Part shown: one piece after another, positions 11,098-23,497 of the stretch
Layout: each line of letters begins with the position of its first letter
How positions within the stretch are numbered: the stretch's first letter is position 1
Origin: Dudresnaya verticillata
Taxonomy: Eukaryota
Reading direction: 5' to 3'
DNA: 64,000 bases
NCBI GenBank assembly: GCA_977862235.1
Contig: OZ374560.1
Location: forward strand, 1,736,001-1,800,000
The notes under the pieces: generated by a model
Told to the model about the DNA's origin: nothing
What the model saw: only the letters and a program-made list of their open reading frames with translations
The model's database searches: none
Position numbers and translations under genes: made by a program

Positions 11098-13946
11098 GTG
11101 TATCCAACAGCGGACCTAGCGTCATCAGTGCACTCCACCTCAGGCAAGTCGACCAACGTGCAAGTCCAACCCGGTGTGGTGCTGGCGATGGAGGGCGGTA
11201 ACACTGACCGCGCACGGGGACCCTTCCAACCGGCACGGCGTACACGTTCGGTGGGAGCGGCTCCTGCGCCGGAGGCAGAAGAGAGAGAAGGCGGCGGGCC
11301 CACGGACGCCATACCGGAGTTTGTGGCTGCAACGAGCACAACGCCGACGCTGCCAGCACGTGCGGTTATCCCTCGGTTGCCGCGACGGCGCTATGGTGGC
11401 GAGGCTCCACAGACGCCCACTCCGCTTCCGGATCGGCAAATGGGGCCGGGGGCACAAAGGCCTGGCCCCTCGAAAGGCAACGCCGCGATGGAGTCTCTTG
11501 GCTATCGTCGAGCAACTCCGCATGGGCGAGACGTGACGTAAGCACCGGGTCTCCAGGATAGGCAGGTTGGAGGTGGAGTAACCTCACCCCCACGCCACAT
11601 GGGTGTAGGCGGCTTACCGTCGGGTTCGCTTCCATACGCGCCGAGGACACCGGGGGGTTACCATGGGCACGTGGACTCGACGGGTTACGCCGATGACGAA
11701 ACTTGGCCGGCTCGGGAGTATGATCACCGCACAGGGCGGCGTCAGCGTACCGAAGAGGAGCGCGATATGGTTCGTCTCCCCATGCCCGTATCGGTGTTTG
11801 TTGTCCACTGTGGTGGCACCCGCGAGGGACGCCGCTATAGCGCCGTCACAGAATCCAGCGGGTTAATCAACAACAAGTGGTTCCCTAGTCGGCTTGAGGA
11901 GATGTGGAGAGCCAGGTGGATTCACTCAAATTGTAGAGTGCGGACTCCATCCAGCTGTGAGATCGTGTGGTTGAGGTGTCAGGACGAAGGGAGCTATCCC
12001 AAAAAGGTGTGTCGGCTGCTGGCGATGGCCCATTGACTGCGAGACCATCCGGTTGGTGTCGACATCCTATGCTACGAGAAGCCGTACGACGAAGGCGTCC
12101 ACTGGTTTGGAAATCCGCAACGGTGGGCTGACGACGCAGCGAAAGGGCATCGGCTCCGGTTGCGGGGTAGAGATGGGCGCTACCGCAGAAGGGCGATACT
12201 CCATACTTGGAACAGGAACGAGTTCTTCTAGGTGCCGCCGGGTGCGCATCGTCGATTTTACTGCACCGCTCCGGATTGATGGGCTCCGTACGAAGTCACA
12301 CGTTGGCTGTCAGTGCTCATTACGACGGTGGTGACGTATTTCTCCAATCTGTTTATCTAGCATCGCGACTGGCAAGCTGCACACCAAGGCGGAGAGAACT
12401 CAGTTGACTATCCACTGACGACCGTGTTGGGGCGGATACTCCGAGCGGAATGGGCAATGTTCGTCCTGTTATCTTGGTTACAGGTAACCTACCGGGACGT
12501 GAGAGGCAATATCAAGATGACCGACTGGAGGGCATACCCGCGGAACAGAACGGATCCGGAGGGTAGCGAGTGCGGGCGCATATTGAAACTACCAGGCACG
12601 GTGGTTGCCCTCATACACCACGTTGGGGTAGCCCGGTTGGTCGAGGGGACCAAATACCCCTTGGCGCGTGTTGAGTGTCTCTTCACGGTCCACGCGAACA
12701 CCAACTGGGAGCGAACCCCAGGGTTCATCGGCTACCATTGGTATGAAGACCATGTGTTGTCGTTGCTGCCGCTCAACCCCGGATGTGGAATGGCCTATTT
12801 CCTATCGGAAAAAGACCCCGAGCCGGTATGGTTGATCGACGAGAAGATATCGAGCTGGCACGCGATGCGCTCGCGCTCGAGATTCTAGCCCATGACGGAG
12901 GGGACATCAAGGGTTCCGCCGTCACGCAAGTGGGGCACTCCATCCGGGGTACATCCTCAACAGGGGCGACTGGATAGTCCGTCCCTTGACGGGATTACAC
13001 CAGTAGGGGTTAAAGAGAGAAAAGGGTGCGCGAGGACCCTAGGGGCCTCGTGCCAAGAGAAGCCACTGGTTTAGAAGCCTTCAAGGCGTGGGGCGACTGC
13101 ACGACCTCGTCGCCCAAGAAGACCGTAACGGAGTCTCCTCCTGAAGGAGCTGAGGTCGAGAGGCAGGGAGATTCGTCGGTGGTGCCCGCAACGGCCACAC
13201 CAATCGGGGTCCTGAAGCCCGTAGTCTCACCGGAGATCAGCAAGAACACCAATATGGAGAAAGCGACGCTTGCCGTGGCGGTAGTTGGGGCGAATCCCAC
13301 GGCGTTAGCTGCAGCAGTGGCTATGTTCGGCCCCGTCGGGGAACAAGAAGACTCCGAAGTGGGAGAGCACACTACACCGATGGTGACCGACCAGCTGGAG
13401 TTATTGGCGACCACACGCCCTGGAATCGCAGTGGAAGCTACTTTACTGAAGCGGAGCGAAGTTGCCAAGCCTGTGTCGCCCGTGTAGAGTGATTCCGTGA
13501 TGTTCGTAGCCGCTACGGGTCCAGATGGAGGACCACCACGTCATGTCGACCCGCGACGGTGAAACAAGAGAAGGGCACTCCGGCGGATATGGCGAGTTGG
13601 ACCGAAGCGGAGTTGCGTGTCGATGGGGCTGCACTGCAGCGACTCCGTGGTGGATGTAGAGATGCGGATATGCCTCTTCCAACGTCGGGGACCGAAGCCA
13701 TCAACGCCGCAGCGGTGTGGGGTAGGGTGTCTTGTGCGCCTGCGACGGACCATTCGCGCTTTGCGTCGTTGCATGACAGACACCGGTAGGAGGCTCACAA
13801 CGATCACCGCAAGGGTGTATGGTGAGGAAATTCCCGACTCGGAGGGTGACGTGGCAAAAGAGGAGGATACGGAGGCTGACTTAGCGCCACCAGCAAAGCG
13901 CCCGCGGAATACCGTGCAATTGCGTAGTAATGCCACTTGTCAATAA
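11098..13946 (+). pseudogene. Fragmented antisense accessory ORF region in the 3' part of Gypsy A, function unknown
   Basis: Consecutive + strand ORF pieces (11098..11541, 11599..12036, 12424..12888, 13026..13487, 13617..13946) fill the ~3 kb between integrase and PPT, opposite to gag-pol. Confidence 0.55.
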
Positions 13947-14305
13947 AATCTCGTGATTTGTGTGAGCCCCCTTCCACTGGCGGAAAGAAAGTGGAAGAAC
14001 ACCACTGTGGAGTGAGCCCCGGAGAGGCGAGGGTAATACCCCACCATACAATGTTTTGCGTCCGAGTGGCAATCACCTAATACCAGAGGTTGTTGCACGC
14101 TTGCCAACGACTCACCAATATGTATTAGAGCCCCTTGGGCAAGGGTTCTGTGATTACAGAGTCCATAGGTCATGCCCGTTTTTGCCAGCGCCAAGTCACC
14201 AAGAGGGCGTACAGCCCCTTGGACAAGGACTCTGTGACAACGGAGTCCACAGATCATGCCCGATTTTTTGCAAAAACCACTACCGCTGGTACGAGTAGCA
14301 AATCG

Positions 14306-15900
14306 CTATCGACGTGTGGAAGCTCGGCGACGTCGTGAAGCAGCGGCTGCCGTGCGCCTTCTATTCCAATAGCGGTGGATGAAGTTCTGCGGCAACTCTT
14401 CAGCGGGTTCATACGTATCGTGGTCTGGTGGGTAGCCGTACCAACGCACCTTGTAGGTCATGCCCGTGGGTTCTTCGCGGTGCTCCACGATCTGCTCGAT
14501 AACATACTCCGTGTCGGTGTCAATTGTCTCCGGAATGGGGGTAGGAATAGCGCCTGGCGTTTGCGGCGTTACAGTGATACCACCTGTTCTTTGGGGTACT
14601 GCTGTGGTGCCTCCCCACTGCTGGGGTAGTGTACCGTCCACGTCGGTGTGTGGCGTAACCGGCGGAGCCAATAGCGGCGTCGGTTGCACGGGAACTCCAA
14701 TTTGTACCTTAGTGATGCGATCGATGCTGATGGGAATCAGAACGCCGCCCTTCTTGATTACTACTGTGACTACAGTATCCGTTGCGGTGTGAACCTCGTA
14801 GGGGCCCGTAGATCGTGGGAGGAGCTTCTTCATTTGCTCCGCCAATTCACCGACGTGGTCAGTGCCTTGACCTAATCGGTCGTGTTCTTTCCGTTCGGTG
14901 GGTCGTAGATTACGCGGCGGGCGATCTACGAAGACTTGATCGCCACCGCGAACCACCGGTCGGAAACGCACCTTACGGTCAAAGAGGGCCTTAGACTTCA
15001 ACTGGGCTGTAGTCTGCTTGTTCTGCGCCTTCTGTAGTGCATAGCGCAAACGCCGCATGGTTCCCCGCTTTTGTAGCACGGGTATCATACACCCCTCCGT
15101 GACGGTTTCCTCCAACTCCACAGGGGTGCCACGAACAATAATATTCGATGGCTGTCGAGTTAACACCAAGTCAAAGGGAGTAGTATCCGTAACCCGGTGT
15201 ACCTGCATATTATACGAGTAGGTCAACGGCTGTACATATAAATCTCAATCGGTGCGGTGATCCTCGACGTAGTGCCGAAGGCGCTGCGCAATAGTTTTGT
15301 TAAACCGCTCGGCGTGCCGGTTGGTTTGCGGGTGGTAAGCCGCGGTCAGCAAATGCCGCACTCCGAGTAGGGCACAGACAGCGTCGAAGAACTTTGCCGT
15401 GAACTGTCTTCCATTGCCGGTGAGTACAAATTTAGTTGTGCCATACGCATACACCCAACGGTCTAAAAATGCATTCGCCACCACGACGGCTGTAATCGTC
15501 CGTAACGGGATGCACCGTGTTAGTTTAGAAAACCTATCGGTGATGACCAGTACAAAGACGTATCCCCGTTTGGTTTTCGGCAGCCGGCCCAGTATATCCG
15601 TAGCGACAAACTCCAGTGGGCCACTCAAGGGAAATAGCTTCATGAACTTCGGATGCTTAAATCGCGTGCCCTTGGTTTTGACACATGAGCGTAAACTCCG
15701 AACGGTCTCGAATACATTGATAGCCATATGTGGCCAATATTAGTCTCTCTGTAAGGTGTATTACACCTTAATTCCACCAGGGTGTCCCGACATGAGGGTG
15801 TAGTGGGCAAAATACAGGACTCTACCACGCATCTGTTGCGGTACCACCTTTTGGAGTGCGCTATCGAGGGCAGACTTGTGAGCAAGAAAACCATGTCATT
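14306..15900 (-). pseudogene. Gypsy A integrase with GPY motif and C-terminal chromodomain, disrupted
   Basis: PLEFVATDILG...VITDRFSK...AYHPQTN..AERFN; STGPYEV; EYVIEQIVEHR...YKVRWYGYPPDHDTYEPAEEL. Confidence 0.92.
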
Positions 15901-16179
15901 CGTAGCCGAATTGTGATCCAGAGGATCCCACCGATTAGGCTTTCAGCTTGCAGAAGGTATCCCTTGCTTGCGCAGCTATGAACGCCTCACGGGTAAGGGT
16001 CTCATTTAGCATATCCTCTTGTTGGATGCCCGTTTGGCGGAGTAGAGTGGGTGGTACTGTATCCTTTTCAGGCGTAGTATCCGTTTTGGTGTCTCTACTT
16101 TCCACGCCTAGTATGGGGATGCTCGCGGCATCAGGATTTTGGGACTGTTTCCAATTGGTTAGTTGTACACCATGTTGTA

Positions 16180-18480
16180 CTACACCATTAGGGGTCGATT
16201 CCGTAACGAAGCATGGTTCTTCTTCGTCCAGCTCTGCCTTGTCGATGCCACCTGTTCGGAGTCGTGACATGCCGTCAGCGAGTTGGTGTTTAATACCAGG
16301 GCGATACTGAACTTCGAACTCAAACTCCGATAGGCGCCATACTGACTCAGTATCCAGCGTACTGCGTCGTGATCCGTACGGAGTATAAACGCTTCACCGT
16401 AAAGGTAGGGGCGTAGCGTTAACATACTCCAAACGACAGCAAGGCACTCCTTTTCCGTGGTTGTTTAATTCTTCTCCGCATCGGTTAGACTTCAGCTCCA
16501 GTAACCCACGGGTATATTATCACCGCTAGGTTGCTCCTGGAGGAGGACACACCCAACTTGGTAATCACAGGCGTCGGTATCTAGTGTATAATTGAAACCG
16601 TGACCGGTAAGGACAATATTGGAAGGGAGATTAGATGTCTCTTTAACTCTTCAAAGGCGTTAAACTACGCGTCGGTGAGAGTTCCAAACTCGAACACCAG
16701 GCCCTTTCCGGTTTTCTTGTTGAGTGGGGCTAGAATCCGTGCAAAGTTAGAAATGAAACGTCGATAGTCGTTACACAGCCCTGGAAAAGAGCGCAACTCC
16801 GTTTGGTTTGTAGGTGGCTTAGCCTCCTTACAGCTAGAATATTCGTACGCTCCACCTCCAGTTAGCTCGGGCGCACCATGCGGCCCAGATACTGTACAGA
16901 AGTGTCGAAGAAGGCACACTTCGATAATTTCAGAGTTACACCTGCGGAACAGAGTAGCGTGATGACCTCCTTAAGGTGTTCGAAGTGTTCCGTAACGGTG
17001 TTTGAATAGACAATCATATCATCTAGGTAGACTAAGGCAAATTGCCATTTCACCGTAGATAGGATAATGTCCGCCGCCCATTGGAAAGTAGCGGGTGCGT
17101 TCTTGAGCCCAAAAGGCATTCTCTGAAAGCGGTATAATCCATAATGATTGGTGAAGGTTGTTTTGTCACGCTCCTCCTCGGGGATCTCTACTTGCCAGTA
17201 GCCGCTATTACAATCCAGAGTGGTGAATACTGTAGCTTCTCCAAGGGAGTCGATACATTCATCCATGCGGGGTAAAGGGTATGCATCCCGAATGGTGACA
17301 GCGTTAAGACGCCTGTAAGCGACACAAAACCGTATGGAGCCGTCGATTTTAGGAACGAAGACCACAGGACTGGCCCACTCCGAAGCGGATGGCTCGATCA
17401 CCTTAGCGGATAACATGCGATCCACTTCTGCCTTCTCCAGCTCGCGCTGTTTATGTCCTGCCCGATATGGTGCTTGATATACCGGTTTGGCACCAGGAAT
17501 TAATTCAATACGGTGTTCCGCGGCAGTTATATTTCCTAACTCGCCGTTCCACATGGTACTGAACGCCTGAAGGAGTGTATCCACCTTAGCGCGGAGTTTT
17601 TCATTCTTGGCACCAATATGTATGTTATCTTTCCAGTCGGTGTCAGGAGTTGTAGTTGATTCCGATACGGTGTTTCCTTTGAATCCATCTTGGGGTGTAG
17701 CCTTGCTGCTCTCGGTAGGAGGAGTGGACAGGAATTAATATTTCCTCCCCGCTCCTTAAATGGAGATACACCGTTAACGATGAGTATGGCAGAGGGAGCA
17801 GTAGCGATGCCCACGATGGTAGACTTTGGTAACCGCACCGGTTTGGTGGAAAAATTGGTCAGCCACACCTTAAAGGGTTTGTTAGGGATTATATCCATAA
17901 CGCCGTCAGCCATAAACGTGAGGTGCTTATGGATGGGTTTGGGATGATTTTGAAGAAAACATAAACCACCGGTAGGAGTGGTGACCAGTGCATGGGATTG
18001 GGTCATAGGGGGGATAATAAGGGCTTTTGCTAGGCAGCGCTTTTGCGATACCGAAGCGGATGACACAGGGGGCCCCTGAAGGGTGGAAGGAGCCACCGTT
18101 CTGGAGTGTCGGGTTTGTCCCATCAACGAAACAGGGGAATGGTGATGAAAAACAACTTTCCATGCCGGTGGGAGGATCTCCTTGACGTGGCGATCAATGA
18201 AACTGGTTCTCAGAATACACGAAGCAGCGAGGTTCGTGACCACCAGAAAGTGGACTCGAGTACGCAATTCTCCGATACCGACAAAAAGTTGAATGACACC
18301 AAGCGGGCGTATCGACCTATTGGACGCATCCCGTAAAGGTGGACTGGCAGCTGGGCGAATCAAAGGCAACCAGTGGCGTGGGAGCCGTCTGGCGTTGATG
18401 AGATTTGGCCCAGCACCAGATTCCAATACGGTGATGAGAGGCAACATGAGGTCATTCCTCCTTCCCACAGTAATCTGGGG
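16180..18480 (-). pseudogene. Gypsy A protease-RT-RNase H, frameshifted
   Basis: VLESGAGPNLI (protease; catalytic D replaced by E), WASPVVFVPK.DGSIRFCV, LPRMDECID, LDCNSGYWQ, MPFGLKNAPATFQ, YLDD, LRPYLYG..F.LRTDH. Confidence 0.92.
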
Positions 18481-18556
18481 TTTATTATTCTGTCGTATTA
18501 GAGCACAGACAGAATCACCGGGTGGTGGAAATTCAAGGGGGGTTTCTGGAACAAAA

Positions 18557-21156
18557 TTAGGGGGTACTCCGTAATGGTGGCGGACTGGCAGTCCAGCAAA
18601 GCCCGTATTGGTGGGCGTACCACGTCGAATTGAGGAGACGGGGACGCCCTTGCACGTCTCCTGCGACGTTTTCCGAGTCGGGGTGTGCCATGAGAGCCTT
18701 CTCCACCATATCAGCTGGGGGTTCGCCAACCGCACCACCGTCGACAGTCAGCACCCGCGCTGGGCGTTGCTGGTAGTTACCAGGCGTTCGATTTCCCGTA
18801 TTGGAGTTTGCGAAGGCCTGCCGCTTGAGGGGGAGCGCCTGATAGTTGCGCTCGCGCTCTTCCATTAGGGGACCCCTTTCGGTGTCACTCAGATACGGAC
18901 AAATAACGTGGTCCGGTGAGAGGCACAAGCGACAGTAGCCGCTTCCATAGAGGCCTCTGACATCCTGTGGGGTGTGGTCCACGGGCCCGGCAGCAGGGGG
19001 TTGTTTTACAAGACGGTGTTCGACTTGCCCTTGACGAGGAGGCGTGTTGCCGTGGGGTGCCCCATGTGGCCGGGATGCTGTCCGGGGCTTCCTTGACGGC
19101 GTATGACGGGCCCGTAGCGGCTGTCAGCCGGTCCGTAGCGGGGTTGCCAGGGTGGTTGCATCCGTGGCGCTGGTGGGCGAAGGTTGGGTGTCCGAGGCGG
19201 AGTAGGGTTGACACTACTCGGTGGGGAAGAGTACGCTGTAGTAAATGTAACTCCCGACGAAGTGCCGGTGCTTCGACCCGCGCCACCTTCCAGAGCAAGC
19301 AAGTGCTCCTCTGATTCAGCGGGATACTCCGAGTAGGTGTATTCCGATGGCGAGTCAATCGACAGAACGCCAGAACGTCGTGACGTCTTCGGTTCTCCGT
19401 CGAAGACTTCCACAGCTGAGGTTTGGCGTCTGGTTGCCCGATGGGATTCTCCAAGCCCTTTAGCGTAGCAGGCTACGGCTTGGTAGTCCAGATGGAGGTG
19501 TGTTGCCAGATAACTACGCATCTGCTGACACGTTCCCGGTAGGAGTCCTTCCACAAACAGCGACTTGAGGGACCTGTCGGAGAATACTGTACCGCATCGG
19601 AGAGCCTTAGTCCAGAGTTGGTTGGAGAATTTCTGTTCCGTTAAGGCCGACGTTTGAAAGCGCCAGCTTGTCCCAGAATATGGGACGCATCCGCCAAAAG
19701 CTGGAGGTACAAATGAAGTCCCACTCCTTTAACGGTAAAGACCCCATCACGGTCCTTGGATTTCTCGCGAAGTTCAAGGACGCGTGTAACATTAACTCCA
19801 TTTCGGAAGGAACCGCACCGTGGTGTTTACAGTTTTTCCTGGGTGGACAGGCTGAAGCTTTGCTGCAGGCCCGTCTTGCTGGTGGCACCATGGCGGTTGA
19901 CGAGGAGCAATCAGAGATGCTTCGCACCTATACCAATGTGGTGAACGTTTTGCTACGGACCTATGCTACCGATGAGGTGATTGCTGAAGAGTATTCGGAC
20001 GTTACGTCATTTCGCTGTAATATGAACGCTTTCTCCCCAGTCAGTATGTTCGGAAATCCAGCGCCTTCACGAACTTGTCGTTCAGGGGCCGGATTACCTT
20101 TAGGAGTGGCCTGGCGACCTCTCGGTGCTTGGCGTCGTGTTTTCTGGCCCGACGCCGCTCGTCCCTATCCGTATCAGAGTAGCTCGTATCAGAGCCGGAT
20201 GAATGGGAGGAGTCATGCCCTCTTCTGCGCCTATGGCGCGACGTGCGCTTATGATTCTTCCTATTGCGGTGTTTGATATCATCAGATTCCGTACCGGAGT
20301 GTTCTTTGTCCCGTCGCGAAGCGCGTTTGCCCCGTTGCGAATGGTCACCTTCCTTATTGGAGTGGGAGTCCTTGGCCTTTCTGTCAGCACGGTCTCTACC
20401 ACTCCGGTCTTGATTTTTCTTGGAGTCACCATCGGAGTGCTCACTGCCTCTACGCGAAGCTACCGGCACGGTGATACGTTCCCCGGCAGGCACTTCTGCG
20501 GGTCTGGGGACCGTACTCCGATTCGGATAGGGTTGATGTGTTGTATCCAGTTCGGTGTATTTAGGTTGGGTAGGTAACCCACGGGCTGCCTCTGTCCTTA
20601 CCGGATCGGGAGGAAACACCTGAGTGGGGATTTCTGGCATATACGTCGTTTCTCCCTTGGCCGGGAAGTTATTCCGTATCGGTGTAGGTCCAGAAAAGGG
20701 CTGCGCCTTGGGTCCAGATAGGGGCTGTCCGGGGGTGAGCGTCTGCTCGATCTCCGACGCCTGACGCTCCTGATGGATGAGCGTCTGTACCAACTCCGGA
20801 AGGTGTTTCTCCAGGTAGGAGCTAACGACAACCGGAATGGTGTTGGCAAGCAGGGTTTCAACCTCCTTGACCATGTTGGGTTGCACCTCTATACTGAGAT
20901 GCTCTAACACCCGTGGGACGAATTCCGAAAGTATCCAATGGACACGATAGGAGTCGCCTGGCTTGGATACACCCTTTCGGGAAGTATCCGAACCAGGTCG
21001 GGACCTAGAGAGCTTACTGGATACACCTTTAAGAAGTTCTTCGGGGTTCTCCATACCGGGGTTCTGGTCGGCAGCATTGCCACGGCGTGTTCTCATAGCT
21101 GAGGATACTTTCGGTTCAGTGGGCTCACTGCGGCCTGTTCTCGCAGTAGAGGGCAC
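18557..21156 (-). pseudogene. Gypsy A gag, disrupted, with internal inversion 19659-20016
   Basis: Homologous to gag at 60433-61935 (IRPLND/IKPLGD; FNGKDPITVLGFLAKFKDAC/FSGVDPINILGFLSRFKDAC; VEGLLP/VDGLLP); knuckle-like CRLCLSPDHVICP. Confidence 0.85.
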
Positions 21157-21401
21157 CTACAGGACGGCGTTGTCGTCACCGCGGCGTGATTTTGCGGTTG
21201 ACGGCACCTCACATTGATCCGATACGGAAGGGTCCATATGTTCTTCTATTCTTAGGATACCAAAACGGTCTCAACGAGTGTTTTGCCTTGTCCTGCCTTT
21301 ACACCAAAGCGGAGTTGTCACAAAGCTGATCTCATACCGAAGCGGACTCCAACAGAGATTCTTCTACCTTGACGGTCTTCTAGGCTAGGAGACCAAAAAG
21401 A

Positions 21402-22082
21402 TGTGGTGTAGTGAAAGGTACACCTATAAGGAGAGCTGATCAGGAAATCCCAATAAGGAGTGATCTCACACGACATTGCGGTGGTAGAGCTTAGTTCGAA
21501 GACCGAAGGGAGTACCTCGAGCGGCAACACCTGTAAGGAGTAAAGGGACGCAACAGACAAGGGGGACGGCACAGTGCCAGGGAAGCTACACCAGGACAGA
21601 GGTAAGAGGAATCCGTGCACGGGGCTGGCGAGGGGAACCCGTGAAAGAGTATGAGGGTAAGGCTTAGGGTAAGTCACTTTGCCTAGGGTTGCATACCCGT
21701 TTACTGTATTCGCGGTGGCCACCCATTAATATACTGGGAGATACGTCCCGTGGTCCGGTCGGTGTGGGACAGACCCCAATGGATCTGGTCCACCAGGTGG
21801 GTCCGGCCCTACTGGTCCCGGTCACCGTTGCGGACATGCTTGGTATTCTTATTGGCAGGCTCACGCTAAGTACTGTAAAGAATCATTACAATTGCCTAAT
21901 TAAAATTATATCAACTACTTGGCTCCTATTGGTGGTGCACGCAGACTGCAGCAGGGCATAGATTGCTACTGTGTCGCTGCACTCCGCTTCCGCTTTTGGC
22001 GCGCGCTTGGCAGAGCGCGGGTTATCGACGGTCGCGCGCCGGCTCGCCCTCGTCGGCACTCCGAAACGGCGACCTCACCACA
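21402..22082 (-). repeat. 5' LTR of Gypsy A
   Basis: Direct repeat of 10352-11031; followed on the minus strand by a TGG-starting PBS-like sequence (TGGTCTCCTAGCC). Confidence 0.95.
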
Positions 22083-23497
22083 GTCCATTTTCTTTTGTTT
22101 TCTGTTCTGGTCGGCGCCATATTGCTACAGTCTAGTAGTGCAAGATGTACTTGAGGGTTGCACTGTAGACAGATTGACGTTAAGGGCGGCGGAGTGGTGA
22201 CCCACTCATATTTCATGGGGTCTCTCCCGCTCTCTCCCGCTCTGTTCTGCAACCACTTCAATTGTCGAGGAATTATTAACACGACTCCCGCGGTGCAGCA
22301 TTACATACCCAACGCCGGACGCCACGCACCGATCGAGACAACATTTAATCGCAGGACCTTGGAGGAGCTGAAACCTCCAGAGTCAAGTTCATCCTTTCTT
22401 CCCTCCCATCCTCCCTTTCTCCGCGTTCCATGGTCAACTCAAGTTCACCCGTTTCTTAGTTTGCTGTATTCACAGGTATTCGTAGAGAAATCATAGGTTA
22501 TATTCAAACATAATGCTCTCATTTGCTTTTCACTAAAAACATGGACGCGTATTTCGTGTCCGGTTGCTTGCTTGTTGGAATTTTGTTACCGATAGGGGGT
22601 TTCAACCTTCCCTCGCCATCGGGGTATTTTTAACACAGAGTAGGGTTATCACCGTGACGGGATCTTGAAGTGTTTCCCGGGCCGAAAATGACATCAATTT
22701 TGAGGCACGAGAGAGCACAAGGCTGACAAACCCTGACGAGACTGACAGAAAGTTTGTCAAAGCATTTCAAAGATAGCAGTTGGCTCCAGGCATGTTGACG
22801 GCGAGGAGTTTATGCAGAAATCAGAGCGGATCCTTTACGGGGAACTTTGAATATGAGATGAGATGTGACATCTGCAGATGTTACATTGCTTGGTGTTGGT
22901 CCAGGGGAACCAACGCGGGCGACTATAGTCCATTATGTGAGCATTTGCAAATCCTTTGGACCTCCTGGTCACTCCTCACACTACTATTTTGAGGCTGTTT
23001 GAGCGTGGAGTTTTAGGGTATGATAGGGATCACACTATGGCGAAGAATGGGAACAATTTCCAGTACGCCTCGCTCGCAACATCAAGCTATTCACTGCCGC
23101 GAGCAAGCGAAAGCCCGTAATTATCGTCGCTTATGTTCTACGAACCGGATAGACTTCCATCCTATGGTGATGGACGTCTAAGGTGCCATTGGTTCTCGAT
23201 TCGATCGAGGCGCTCAGCACGTAGCCAATTTCCTAGCTACTATGAAGGGTACTTTGCCGATAGCTGAGAAACTCTCTCTTCTAACGCACCTCACCTCACC
23301 TCTCTTGTGCTTCAATCTGTCGCGGTGGCTGATAACCGCCGTTCACTCTTCGACCATTGCCTTTTACAGGCGTTTTAGTTAGACCCCCTTACGGCGCTGT
23401 AGTATTTCCTATGCATAAAGGTCTCCATCTCTCAGGTCTACATGTAGGCAACGAAGTTGTTGTGGTACGAACGCCTGTCGTGCACAACACTACTTTG

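Larger units (their letters stand above)
10352..22082 (-). mobile_element. Full-length Ty3/Gypsy chromovirus-like LTR retrotransposon (family A, 11.7 kb), decayed
   Basis: Two ~680-bp LTRs (10352-11031, 21402-22082) with TGTGGTG...CACCACA termini. TSD GTCCC/GTCCA. PPT at 11032-11046. gag-PR-RT-RH-IN-chromo order on the minus strand. Confidence 0.95.
9647..22129. mobile_element. Probable solo LTR (family E, ~750 bp: 9647-10351 + 22088-22129), split by the full-length Gypsy
   Basis: Starts TGTGGCAGAATGG and ends CCATATTGCTACA (imperfect inverted termini, TG..CA). Flanks GACTG/GTCTA each differ by one base from GTCTG at the uninterrupted site in the 5' repeat copy. Confidence 0.7.
6770..22399 (+). 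mobile_element. Decayed DIRS/PAT-type tyrosine-recombinase retrotransposon (body 6770-9646; 3' repeat resumes at 22130-22399 after nested insertions)
   Basis: Direct terminal repeat 6770-7127 recurs as 9555-9646 + 22130-22399. Internal RNase H, methyltransferase-like and YR remnants are in DIRS order; no RT domain is visible. Confidence 0.8.

Noticed and set aside
22725..22760. Hammerhead ribozyme core (CTGACGA...GAAA)
   Set aside because: No stem II can form between the core motifs, and no three-way junction is evident
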